Assembly: GCA_946414435.1 (NCBI GenBank)
Contig: CAMKOM010000011.1
Location: forward strand, 19,408 to 83,407
Direction of reading: 5' to 3'
Source of the DNA: an uncultured Bacteroidota bacterium
GTDB taxonomy: Bacteria > Bacteroidota > Bacteroidia > Bacteroidales > SZUA-534
Length of the DNA stretch: 64,000 nt
Part shown: piece after piece, positions 50,701 to 60,176 of the stretch
Numbering within the stretch: position 1 is the stretch's first letter
Layout of the letters: each line of letters begins with the position of its first letter
The notes under the pieces: generated by a model
What the model saw: only the letters and a program-made list of their open reading frames with translations
Told to the model about the DNA's origin: nothing
The model's database searches: none
Translations under genes and position numbers: made by a program

Positions 50701-51614
50701 ACTGGTTGCATAAATCGACATATCTGCTTGCAGTATTGTTTGTTACACTCATTGCTACAAGCACTGTGGCACAAGAGCTTGAAATCAGAATTCAAGTAAA
50801 CCACTCACAGTTGCAAGGTGTGGACAATATAAAATACGAGAATATGCAAAAGGCGCTGAACGAGTTCGTTACCAATCAGATTTGGACTAACAACGTGTTC
50901 AAAACTGAGGAGCGCATCAAGTGCAATATGATGCTGAACATCACTAAAGAGGTGTACAGCGACGAGTTCCAGGGCACGCTGCAAGTGGTTTCGAGCCGCC
51001 CGGTTTACGGCACAGGCTACGATAGCCCGATGCTCAATCTGCTCGACAAAAACATACAGTTTAAGTATGCCGACGGCGAGACGCTCACATTCAACGAGAA
51101 CAGCCACGACGAGCTGACATCGCTTATCGCATACTATGTTTACATTATCATCGGGTTCGACTATGACTCGTTTGGCAAGATGGGCGGCACGCCTTATTTT
51201 GAGAAGGCGCAGAAGATTGTGAACAACGCACAGGGCTCGAACTATGCCGGATGGAAGTCGTTCGAGACCAACAAGCGTAACCGCTACTGGCTGGCCGAGA
51301 ACCTGATGAACTCGGTGTATGCACCCATCCGTGAGTACAGCTACAAATACCACCGCCTGGGGCTCGACCTTATGGGTACGCGCCTTGCCGACGGCACCGC
51401 ATCGATAGCTGAAGGAATGAACGACCTGCTCAAGGTGCATCGCCAGAAATCGGGTTCTTACCTGATGTCGATTTTCTTCGACGCCAAAGCCGACGAGATT
51501 GTCAATATTTTCTCGAACTCGTCGGACCAGACACAGCAGAATAAGGTTTACAATTTCCTGAAGGAGATTGATGCCTCGAACCTGTCGAAATACGATAAAA
51601 TCAAGAAAAAATAG
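50697..51614 (+). CDS. DUF4835 family protein (PorD-like)
   Basis: AQEL, Q.SRPV.G..Y, YY.Y.IIG.DYDSF...GG, NRYWL; usual position after coaBC. Confidence 0.8.
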   Translation: MNWLHKSTYLLAVLFVTLIATSTVAQELEIRIQVNHSQLQGVDNIKYENMQKALNEFVTNQIWTNNVFKTEERIKCNMMLNITKEVYSDEFQGTLQVVSSRPVYGTGYDSPMLNLLDKNIQFKYADGETLTFNENSHDELTSLIAYYVYIIIGFDYDSFGKMGGTPYFEKAQKIVNNAQGSNYAGWKSFETNKRNRYWLAENLMNSVYAPIREYSYKYHRLGLDLMGTRLADGTASIAEGMNDLLKVHRQKSGSYLMSIFFDAKADEIVNIFSNSSDQTQQNKVYNFLKEIDASNLSKYDKIKKK

Positions 51615-51619
51615 GCGCT

Positions 51620-52501
51620 ATGTGGATTGCCGACCGCTGGAAGGATTATAAGGTTATCGATTGCTCGGCCGGCGAGAAGCTTGAGCTGTGGGGCAAATAC
51701 ACGCTTGTCCGCCCCGACCCGCAGGTGATTTGGGACACACCCAAAACAGAAAAGGGCTGGACTCGAATGAACGGCCACTACCACCGAAGCAAGAGCGGCG
51801 GCGGTGAGTGGGAGTTTTTCAACCTCCCCGACGAATGGACAATCCGCTATCCGTTAATCATTGGCAAAGAGTTGACTTTCAGATTGAAACCATTCAGTTT
51901 TAAGCATACGGGCGTTTTCCCGGAGCAGGCCGCCAACTGGGATTGGTTTTCGAGGCTGATTGCCGATGTCCGTCAGCACGGACGCGAGGTGACGGTGCTG
52001 AATCTGTTTGCCTATACAGGCGGTGCAACTGTGGCTGCAGCCGCTGCCGGAGCACGTGTTACGCACGTTGATGCGGCCAAAGGAATGGTGGCTTGGGCGC
52101 GTGAGAACGCCGCCACATCGGGGATGGCAGAGTCGCCTGTCCGCTGGATTGTGGATGACTGCGTGAAATTTGTTGAACGCGAGCTGCGCCGCGGCAACCG
52201 CTACGATGCTATTATAATGGACCCGCCGTCGTATGGCCGCGGCCCGAAAGGCGAGATTTGGAAGATTGAAGACAATGTGTACCCGCTCATCAAACTATGT
52301 GCCAACTTGTTGAGCGATAAACCGTTGTTCTTCCTTGTCAACTCATATACCACCGGTTTGCAGCCGGCAGTGCTCACCTATATGCTTAAATGCGCTTTGG
52401 CAAAATTCGGTGGAAAAGTCGAGTCAAGCGAAATTGGGTTGCCAGTATCTAACGGTTTGGTGCTACCTTGCGGCGCAAGCGGAAGGTGGTGCAAGGATTG
52501 A
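51620..52501 (+). CDS. Class I SAM-dependent methyltransferase (RlmI/RlmK-related)
   Basis: GVFPEQA.NW, LNLFAYTGG, IMDPPSYGRG. Confidence 0.88.
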   Translation: MWIADRWKDYKVIDCSAGEKLELWGKYTLVRPDPQVIWDTPKTEKGWTRMNGHYHRSKSGGGEWEFFNLPDEWTIRYPLIIGKELTFRLKPFSFKHTGVFPEQAANWDWFSRLIADVRQHGREVTVLNLFAYTGGATVAAAAAGARVTHVDAAKGMVAWARENAATSGMAESPVRWIVDDCVKFVERELRRGNRYDAIIMDPPSYGRGPKGEIWKIEDNVYPLIKLCANLLSDKPLFFLVNSYTTGLQPAVLTYMLKCALAKFGGKVESSEIGLPVSNGLVLPCGASGRWCKD

Positions 52502-52592
52502 AGATTTAGCGTTGGTGGTTGAAAGTTGAACGGGTTTAACAAGTTGAAAATAGTGGTTTTCTAGCATACCAACTCTCAATATTTAAACCTAT

Positions 52593-52644
52593 TAAACAGC
52601 GAAGCGATTCAACTTTAAACTAAACCCTCTAAACAGCGAAGCGA
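52593..52644 (+). repeat. 15-bp direct repeat in a convergent intergenic region
   Basis: TAAACAGCGAAGCGA at 52593 and 52630. Confidence 0.6.
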
Positions 52645-52666
52645 CTAAACTTCTACCCTTTCACTT

Positions 52667-53254
52667 TCAAATCACCCCTGCTTCAATCAGTTGAACAATC
52701 TCTTCAATATAAATATCTTCCATTTCTGGGTCGTACTCGCTTTTCAGATTCTCGCCAAACAGTCGGGCAATGCCTTGCCAGAAAAAGGCTGAGAACGAGC
52801 CGCGGTATTCTTTCACGAGTTCGTAAGCGGTATTGTTTATCTCGCGGTCGACAAGTTTGAGCAGGATGCGACCTTGTGATATGGTGAGTGCTCGCAGGTC
52901 CTTCTCATATTTTTTAAACATCTGCTTCTCGTATTCCTTAATGTAGCGTTCGCGTTCGCGTTTGCCTTCAACGCCAACAAGCTGCGAATTCATATTTGCA
53001 AGCTCGTCGCGGGCGGCCACTGCAAACGGATATGCCTTTTTCACATTCCGCACCAGTTTGTCGTAGCGTATCTGCTGTCGGCGCTTGGTGAATCGGCGCA
53101 CTGTCACAGTCTTGATATTGACATTGGGAATGGTGTCGCCATTATCGTTGATAAAAAACGGCAGCGCCACAGGCTCAGGTTTTCGCTCTTGGGCATTGGC
53201 AGAAACCATGGCCGTCAAAATCAATATGCATAATATGGTATGTCTCAAAATCAT
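52667..53254 (-). CDS. DUF4294 family protein
   Basis: LVRNVKKAYP.A, LT.SQG.IL.KL.DRE, FWQ..A.LFG.NLK..YDP; signal peptide. Confidence 0.8.
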   Translation of the reverse strand: MILRHTILCILILTAMVSANAQERKPEPVALPFFINDNGDTIPNVNIKTVTVRRFTKRRQQIRYDKLVRNVKKAYPFAVAARDELANMNSQLVGVEGKRERERYIKEYEKQMFKKYEKDLRALTISQGRILLKLVDREINNTAYELVKEYRGSFSAFFWQGIARLFGENLKSEYDPEMEDIYIEEIVQLIEAGVI

Positions 53255-53384
53255 AACTATAAAGGTAATAGCATTTATAGTTCCCAAATCAAAAAAAATC
53301 AATTCATTGCACCAAATACGATTACACCTTATTATATTCGCACGCTTTTTTTGCAATTATTAAACGTTTAATAAATAAAAAACT

Positions 53385-54365
53385 ATGAATTTCAAAAATC
53401 TTTTTTTTGCAGGGGCACTTGCAACATCAATTGCCGCTTGTGGCTCATCTTACAAATCTCAAACTAAAATCATAACAAAAGCCGACTCTGTGGCTTATTT
53501 GATGGGAGCAATCGATGGTAGTCGGCAAAAAGCCACATTCGAGCATTTCGGACTTGACACACTGCTTGATTATGACGCTTATTTTGAAGCATTATATAAT
53601 GCCAGCAAACAGAACCCGCTGAAATACGAGCTTGATTCGGCAGCCAATGTGCTGTTGTCGAAATTTACAAACATTATTCAATTGCAGACTCAAAAAGTTC
53701 AGACAGATACAACCGGAAATGTGCGGCCAATTAGTTTTCCAAAGTCGCAAATCGATTCTGTGAGCTATTTGCTTGGCGTGGCTGACGGGCAAAACCTTGG
53801 CGAAGGTTACAGCCGTTCGGGACTTGACACTGTTGGCGTCGCTTTCAATTTCTATTATGAAGGGTTCCGTGAAGCCAATCAAGAGTCTAAAACTCGCATC
53901 AATACAGAAAAATACGGAAATATGATTACGGATTTTTTTGCTGAGATCCGAGAAAAAGAACTGATGGATAAATTTGGTGACAATAAACGTGAAGGCGAAG
54001 AATTCTTGGCAAAAAACCAGGCAAACAGCGATGTCATTACAACCGAATCAGGATTGCAATACACTATTCTTAAAGAAGGCAATGGCCCGAAACCGACTAT
54101 CAGTAATATGGTTAAGGTTCATTATACTGGCACTCTGCTCGACGGCACAGTTTTCGACAGCAGTGTTGAACGTGGTGAACCGGCTGTGTTCGGAGTTGGC
54201 CAAGTTATTCCGGGCTGGGTTGAAGCTTTGCAGTTGATGTCTGTCGGTTCGAAATGGAAACTCTTTATTCCTCAGGAACTTGCATACGGAGAGAATGGTG
54301 CAGGCCAAATCAAACCGTTTAGCGTGCTGATATTCGAGGTCGAACTGCTTGGTATTGAGAAATAA
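53385..54365 (+). CDS. FKBP-type PPIase lipoprotein with duplicated FKBP_N segment
   Basis: Lipobox IAAC; DSVAYLMG and DSVSYLLG; [28 protein letters not shown]. Confidence 0.9.
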   Translation: MNFKNLFFAGALATSIAACGSSYKSQTKIITKADSVAYLMGAIDGSRQKATFEHFGLDTLLDYDAYFEALYNASKQNPLKYELDSAANVLLSKFTNIIQLQTQKVQTDTTGNVRPISFPKSQIDSVSYLLGVADGQNLGEGYSRSGLDTVGVAFNFYYEGFREANQESKTRINTEKYGNMITDFFAEIREKELMDKFGDNKREGEEFLAKNQANSDVITTESGLQYTILKEGNGPKPTISNMVKVHYTGTLLDGTVFDSSVERGEPAVFGVGQVIPGWVEALQLMSVGSKWKLFIPQELAYGENGAGQIKPFSVLIFEVELLGIEK

Positions 54366-54389
54366 CAAATTGTCAATCTGCTTTTTGCG

Positions 54390-55187
54390 ATGATTTTCGA
54401 CGGAAAGACATTCTGGATAACCGGCGCATCGTCGGGGATTGGCGAAGGCGTGGCCTACGAGTTGGCCAAGCATCGTACCCGGTTGATTTTGTCGGGACGG
54501 AACGAAGAAGCTCTTGCCCGTGTTGCTGACCGTTGCCAGACACTTGGCGCCGCCACGCGTATCGAAGCCTTCGACTTGACCGATTACGAGCGTATGCAGG
54601 CTGCCGTTGACAGCGTGCTTGCCGACGGCGTCAAAATCGATGGTCTGATGAACTTTGGCGGTATCAGCCAACGGTCACTTGCCGTGGAAACGCCTGTCGA
54701 AATTGACCGTAAAGTAATGGAAATCAACTTTTTCGGCACCATAGCCATAACCAAGGCGCTTCTGCCGCATATGATTGCAAACGGTGGTGGCCTGATTGTG
54801 GTAACTTCAAGTGTTGTAGGTAAATACGGCATTACTTTCCGCTCAGCTTACTCAGCTTCGAAGCACGCACTGCACGGCTTCTTTGAGAGCTTGCGCGCTG
54901 AAACTGCCGGGAAGAACATCCAAATCACCATTCTTGAGCCTGGGCGCATCGCAACCAACGTGTCGCTGAACGCCATCACAAAAACAGGTGAGAAATACGG
55001 CATTATGGACAAGGGCCAGGCGGCAGGAATGTCGGCCGAACAATCGGCGCGGATTATTCTGCGAGCTGTTCGTCGGGGGAAAAAGGAAGTCCTTTATGGT
55101 GGCAAAGCAACATTGCTAGTTCACATCCGCAAATGGTTGCCGGGGCTGTTCTATTTTCTGGCATCAAGAGTTGATTCAACAAAATAA
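54390..55187 (+). CDS. SDR family oxidoreductase
   Basis: WITGASSGIG, YSASKHA (YxxxK). Confidence 0.9.
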   Translation: MIFDGKTFWITGASSGIGEGVAYELAKHRTRLILSGRNEEALARVADRCQTLGAATRIEAFDLTDYERMQAAVDSVLADGVKIDGLMNFGGISQRSLAVETPVEIDRKVMEINFFGTIAITKALLPHMIANGGGLIVVTSSVVGKYGITFRSAYSASKHALHGFFESLRAETAGKNIQITILEPGRIATNVSLNAITKTGEKYGIMDKGQAAGMSAEQSARIILRAVRRGKKEVLYGGKATLLVHIRKWLPGLFYFLASRVDSTK

Positions 55188-55254
55188 TTAAGGCAAAAGG
55201 CATAAGTAGGGACGTCATTATCCTAATCAAAAATCAGAAATCAAAAATAAAGAT

Positions 55255-56322
55255 ATGGCACATCAAATTAACGGTATTCAGCAGATGGGCGTCGGTGTTC
55301 CGAACGTTCTGGAAGGCTGGGAATGGTACAACAAGAATTTCGGAATGGACGTGAAGGTGTTCGATGAAGCCGCTGTGGCAAAGTTGATGTTGCCGCACAC
55401 CGGCGGTCAGACACGCGAGCGCCGCGCGATTTTTGCCCTGAATATGCAGGGCGGCGGCGGTTTCGAGATTTGGCAGCACACTGGCAAAACGCCAGAGATG
55501 CCAAAATTCGAAATCCAAATTGGCGACCTTGGCGTCTGCATTGCGAAAATGAAGACTGCCGACATTCACAAAGCATACAACACCTTCAGCAGCAAAGGCT
55601 TGGACCTTCTGACATCGATTGAAAAGGACCCTGCCGGAACCGAGCACTTCTATATGAAGGACCTGTACGGCAACCTTTGGGAATTTGTGCAGGAATCATC
55701 GATTTTCACAAGTACCAAAGCAGTGAATGGCGGCGTTTTCGGTGGTGTTGTAGGTGTTAAGAACATCGACGAAAGTCTGCCCGTTTACCGCGACATTCTG
55801 GGCTACGATAAAGTTGTTTACGACCAGGAAGACGTGTTTGCCGACTGGGGCGGTGTTCCGGGCAGCGGCAACCGCTACCGCCGTATGCTACTTGCACAGA
55901 CGAGCGAAGGCCACGGAGCTTTCTCGCCAGTGTTTGGCAAGTCGCAGATTGAGCTTGTTCAAGTGCTCGACCGCGAACCGAAGGGCATCTTCGACGGCCG
56001 CATCTGGGGCGATCCGGGCTACATTCAAATCTGCTACGACATTGCCAATATGGACGACCTTCGCGAGTTTGTCAAATCGAAAGGCTTCCCGTTCACCGTT
56101 GACAGCACTCGTGCCGGCGACACCTTCGATATGGGTGAAGCCGCTGGTAGTTTCGCATACATTCAAGCACCCGAAGGCACGCTCATCGAGTTTGTCGAGA
56201 CTCACAAAGTGCCAATTGTCAAAAAGTTGGGCTTGGTTATCGACCTTCACAAACGCGGTATGGACAAGCCGCTTCCGCGATGGCTGCTGAAAGCGTTTGC
56301 GCTGAAGAGAGTTAAAATGTGA
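55255..56322 (+). CDS. Two-domain VOC (glyoxalase-like) family protein
   Basis: GIQQMGVGV, D.YGNLWE, PEGTLIEFVE. Confidence 0.78.
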   Translation: MAHQINGIQQMGVGVPNVLEGWEWYNKNFGMDVKVFDEAAVAKLMLPHTGGQTRERRAIFALNMQGGGGFEIWQHTGKTPEMPKFEIQIGDLGVCIAKMKTADIHKAYNTFSSKGLDLLTSIEKDPAGTEHFYMKDLYGNLWEFVQESSIFTSTKAVNGGVFGGVVGVKNIDESLPVYRDILGYDKVVYDQEDVFADWGGVPGSGNRYRRMLLAQTSEGHGAFSPVFGKSQIELVQVLDREPKGIFDGRIWGDPGYIQICYDIANMDDLREFVKSKGFPFTVDSTRAGDTFDMGEAAGSFAYIQAPEGTLIEFVETHKVPIVKKLGLVIDLHKRGMDKPLPRWLLKAFALKRVKM

Positions 56323-56350
56323 ACAAAACGTTCAGAATAGCAATAACCAA

Positions 56351-56393
56351 ATAAAAAACGCAGATTACCCATAACGGTATCTGCGTTTTTTCA
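56351..56393. terminator. Bidirectional intrinsic terminator
   Basis: AAAAAACGCAGAT...ATCTGCGTTTTTT between convergent genes. Confidence 0.8.
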
Positions 56394-56414
56394 TTTATTC
56401 AATTCTTCAATCTA

Positions 56415-58352
56415 TCATTCAATCACCACCACAAAGCCGCCATTTGGCTTCATTGTTACTTCAAACGCTTTCAAATCAACGTTTTCGGCAATAGAATGAG
56501 CCATCTGCCATTTGTTGTCGGTGTCGGTGAAGATTTCGGCCTTATCGGCTGAGCCAATGGCGCTCAAATCGAGCGTCAGACGGCGGGCGGCCTTCTCTCC
56601 ATTGATTCCCGCCACATACCATTTACTGCCTGAGCGGCGTGCGGCAACAAAATACTGGCCAGGATAGCCGTCGATAAACAGGCTCTGGTCCCAAGTGGTG
56701 GGAAAATCCTGCAAAAGGCTGACCACATAATCGGGTTGCGCGGCCATTCCATCGTCGGTTTCGGCAAAATGCTGGACGCCTGACAGAAACAGCACTGGCA
56801 ATGCCAACTCGAAAGCGTTTGTGGTGGCGCGCTCAATGCCTGGTATCGCCGCAAGGCTCATCGGGGTGAAATCCATCGGGTCGAAGACGTTGCGCGTGAA
56901 GAGCCAGCAGCACGACTGCGTTGGAATCATATCCTGATATTCCTGCGTAAATGTCGAGTACTCAAAGCCTTTCACCGCCTCCATCGTGACCAGATTCGGA
57001 TAGGTTCGCTGCCAACCGCGTGGAAGGGTTGCGCCGTGGCAGTTGACCATCAGGTGGTGGGCCGCCGCATCGGCGAAAATATCGGCATAATATTGCATAA
57101 CTGGCTGTCCGTCACCAGCAAAGAAATCGACTTTGATACCCTTTACGCCCATCTGCTCCAAGCGGCTGAACTCCTGCTCGCGCATCTCGTGAGTGAGCAG
57201 GCGGCTTTTGGGCGTGTATTCGGTTGTGTTCCAAGCGCCCGACGAGTTGTACCACAGAATCAGCCCCATGCCTTTCGTAGCGGCGTATTGAGCCAGTTCT
57301 GCAATGCGGTCGTAGCCGATTGTGCGGTCCCAGTTCACGTCAACCAGGCAGTACTCCCAGCGCATTCGGGCGGCGTAATCGACAAAGCGCTTCTGCACGT
57401 CGTACACCACCGACTCGTCTTTCAGTTTGGCCCAACTCCACGACGCGTGTCCTGGCTTCACCCACGAGTAGTCACCATCGACGGCGGGCGCCGCCAAATC
57501 GGTGCCAATGGTCGATTCCACAATGCCTTTCAGGTTGCTGGAAACCGACACCGTGCGCCACGGCGACTGCCACGGGAATGTCAGCCGCGGCCGAATGTCC
57601 TGCGTTGCCGTGTCGATAACCTCCTGCGGCATCGGGAAGCGGACTTTGTATTCGGGCGTTCCCGCGATTTCGGTCAGGCGCGTGCCACAGTATTGCGTTG
57701 TCAGGCCCGTTTCAGAAACCAGCACCCAAGCGCCATTGCTTTGAAACAGAGCGGGATAAACCCATCCCGACGGCCACGGGCACGGCGTCCCGACAGGCAC
57801 ATTCTGCGTGTAATTCTCCTCGTACGAAGGATTGGTGCCGCACCAGCCCGTTTTTGCAATGGCCATTATCTGCAGCCAGGCACGAGCGCTATCGGCAAAG
57901 CAAAAACCGCTAAACTCATCATTCACAATGTTTTGGCCGCCTTTCAGCGAGTTAATCTGATAGCGGAAGGCGAAACCATCGTCCGACACGCGGAACGCAA
58001 TGCCAAGTGTATCGCCCGACTGCGCCAACAAGTTGAAAATCTTTTCGTTGGCGCAATAGTGATAATCGGTCTGCTTGCCAGTTTTGAGCGAATATCTATC
58101 TTCAACGCCCGCGCTAACGGTCGAAATCAGGCGGAACCCGTCCTTAAGATTGCAGCCCTCAACATCGAGTCCCAACGCCGAGCAGCCAATAACCGTCTGG
58201 CCGTCAAGTTGCGCCGAGTAGCGCGGCTCGCCATTCGCCGAAAGGCTGAAACTGACTTTTATGCGGCCATCGGGCGAAGCCACCTCGGTATCGGCTTTTG
58301 TGCAGCCCGCAAGAATTATCGCGGCAGCGGCCACAATGCTTAATATTCTCAT
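56415..58352 (-). CDS. GH97 glycoside hydrolase, lipoprotein
   Basis: Lipobox LAGC; SPDG, SWVKPG.ASWSW, GIKVDF, HGATLPRGWQRTYPN, PMDFTP. Confidence 0.88.
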   Translation of the reverse strand: MRILSIVAAAAIILAGCTKADTEVASPDGRIKVSFSLSANGEPRYSAQLDGQTVIGCSALGLDVEGCNLKDGFRLISTVSAGVEDRYSLKTGKQTDYHYCANEKIFNLLAQSGDTLGIAFRVSDDGFAFRYQINSLKGGQNIVNDEFSGFCFADSARAWLQIMAIAKTGWCGTNPSYEENYTQNVPVGTPCPWPSGWVYPALFQSNGAWVLVSETGLTTQYCGTRLTEIAGTPEYKVRFPMPQEVIDTATQDIRPRLTFPWQSPWRTVSVSSNLKGIVESTIGTDLAAPAVDGDYSWVKPGHASWSWAKLKDESVVYDVQKRFVDYAARMRWEYCLVDVNWDRTIGYDRIAELAQYAATKGMGLILWYNSSGAWNTTEYTPKSRLLTHEMREQEFSRLEQMGVKGIKVDFFAGDGQPVMQYYADIFADAAAHHLMVNCHGATLPRGWQRTYPNLVTMEAVKGFEYSTFTQEYQDMIPTQSCCWLFTRNVFDPMDFTPMSLAAIPGIERATTNAFELALPVLFLSGVQHFAETDDGMAAQPDYVVSLLQDFPTTWDQSLFIDGYPGQYFVAARRSGSKWYVAGINGEKAARRLTLDLSAIGSADKAEIFTDTDNKWQMAHSIAENVDLKAFEVTMKPNGGFVVVIE

Positions 58353-58358
58353 ATTCAA

Positions 58359-59900
58359 TTATTTCGAAAGTTGAATTTTAATCACAGACATTGCAGGCAT
58401 ATCAACTTTTAGCACGCCTTTGGCTGGTTTCTTAACATCGAACGGCTTGAGCGTAATTTTTTCGGCTTGACCAAAATCGTTGTAATCGTTCATTTTGCTT
58501 GCCGTTACAATCTCACCTTTAAGCGTTTTTGCAGCCAACTGACCAATCTCAACATCAACACTCTCGCCCTTGTTCGGGTTCAGATTGACGAGCGTGAGCG
58601 TCACCACGCCGTCTTTTTCGGAAGCCGAAGCGCAAATTGTTTTGGTCGATTTACCTTCGAAAGTGTACTTATTGCTCTGAACGTCAGTCGGTATCAGCTT
58701 CGCGCCCTGGTGGTCGGCATACATTTTGAAAACGTAGTATGTCGGTGTGAGCACCATCTGCTCGTCCTTTGTCAGGATAACCGCCTGCAAAACATTGACC
58801 ATCTGCGCGATATTGGCCATCTGCACGCGCTCGGCGTGGTTGTTGAAAATGTTCAGGCCCATACCAGCCACAATGGCGTCGCGCATTGTGTTCTGCTGGA
58901 AAAGGAAGCCAGGATTGGTGCCAGGCTCAACGTCGTACCAGCAGCCCCACTCGTCGAAAATCACGCCCACCTCGTTGTTCGGGTCGTACTTCTGCATAAT
59001 GCCAATGTGAAGGTCGAGCAGGCTGTCCATCGCCCACGCCTCACTCACGGTCGAGTACCACAAATCTTCTTTGAAATCGGTGGCCGAGCCCTTTGAACCT
59101 GTCCAGGTATTGATTGGCAGAGTGTATTTGTGCAGCGACAAACCTTGTGTGATACTGTGTTGTTTTTCAGTCTTTTTCATCAGCACCTCGGTCCAGTTGG
59201 GGTCGTCGGCAGTGGCACCGCAGGCAATGCGATAAGGCGCGCCACCGCAGAAGGTTGCAAAACGGCGGTAAAGGTCGGCGTAGTATTCAGGTTCCATATT
59301 GCCGCCGCAGCCCCAGTTCTCGTTACCAATGCCGAAATATTTCACGTTCCACGGGTCCTCGCGGCCGTTCTGCTTGCGCAGTTGCGTCATCGGGCTCTCA
59401 TTGGCCGAAGTTATGTACTCAACCCATTCGGCGGCCTCGCGCACATCGCCCGAGCCCACGTTCAGGTTCACGTAAGCATCGCAGCCGAGCAATTCGCAGA
59501 AGTCGAGAAACTCGTGCGTACCGAAACTGTTGTCCTCGGTCACGCCGCCCCAGTTGGTGTTGATAATCGACGGGCGTTTCTCCTTCGGGCCAATGCCGTC
59601 CTTCCAGTGATAGGTGTCGGCAAAGCAACCGCCTGGCCAGCGCAGCACAGGGATTTTCAACGCTTTGAGCGCGTCAACCACGTCGTTGCGGTAACCATTG
59701 GTGTTGGGAATCTTCGAGTCGGCACCCACATAAATGCCACCATAAATGCAGTGTCCCAGGTGTTCGGCGAAGTGTCCGTAAATGTCTTTGCTAATGGTTT
59801 GTTTGGCGTTTTCGGGGTGCAGAACGATTTTGTTCTGGGCCGATACAGCAACAGCCACTGCCATTGCGCCCACTGTTGAAATTAGTCTTAAGTGTTTCAT
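58359..59900 (-). CDS. GH51 alpha-L-arabinofuranosidase
   Basis: YGHFAEHLG, RWPGGCFAD.YHW, GNENWGCGG, FDEWG.W, ANIAQ.VNVLQ. Confidence 0.93.
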   Translation of the reverse strand: MKHLRLISTVGAMAVAVAVSAQNKIVLHPENAKQTISKDIYGHFAEHLGHCIYGGIYVGADSKIPNTNGYRNDVVDALKALKIPVLRWPGGCFADTYHWKDGIGPKEKRPSIINTNWGGVTEDNSFGTHEFLDFCELLGCDAYVNLNVGSGDVREAAEWVEYITSANESPMTQLRKQNGREDPWNVKYFGIGNENWGCGGNMEPEYYADLYRRFATFCGGAPYRIACGATADDPNWTEVLMKKTEKQHSITQGLSLHKYTLPINTWTGSKGSATDFKEDLWYSTVSEAWAMDSLLDLHIGIMQKYDPNNEVGVIFDEWGCWYDVEPGTNPGFLFQQNTMRDAIVAGMGLNIFNNHAERVQMANIAQMVNVLQAVILTKDEQMVLTPTYYVFKMYADHQGAKLIPTDVQSNKYTFEGKSTKTICASASEKDGVVTLTLVNLNPNKGESVDVEIGQLAAKTLKGEIVTASKMNDYNDFGQAEKITLKPFDVKKPAKGVLKVDMPAMSVIKIQLSK

Positions 59901-60176
59901 TTTAAATGTTATTTGTGATATTAATTATGTTTTCTTGATTTTCAAAATTACAATAATTCGGACACAAGAGATTGGTGGTTTGAAAAAAGTTGTGTGGAAC
60001 AGTAAATGAAAAACTTCCACATTGTCATTTTTTGAGGCATAAAACACAAGACCTTCACAGTCCTCAATGGTTGTTGCTGAATTAGGAATGGTTACCGAGC
60101 ACAAAATTTTACTTCTATATCTATGATAATCAGTGCTATCTGTGTTCCCGATAAATATCGGGACAGTGCGAAAAAC

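Noticed and set aside
57036-58343. 435-aa plus-strand ORF opposite GH97, and similar antisense ORFs over GH51, DUF4835 and hydroxyacid dehydrogenase genes
   Set aside because: Antisense shadows of well-supported genes
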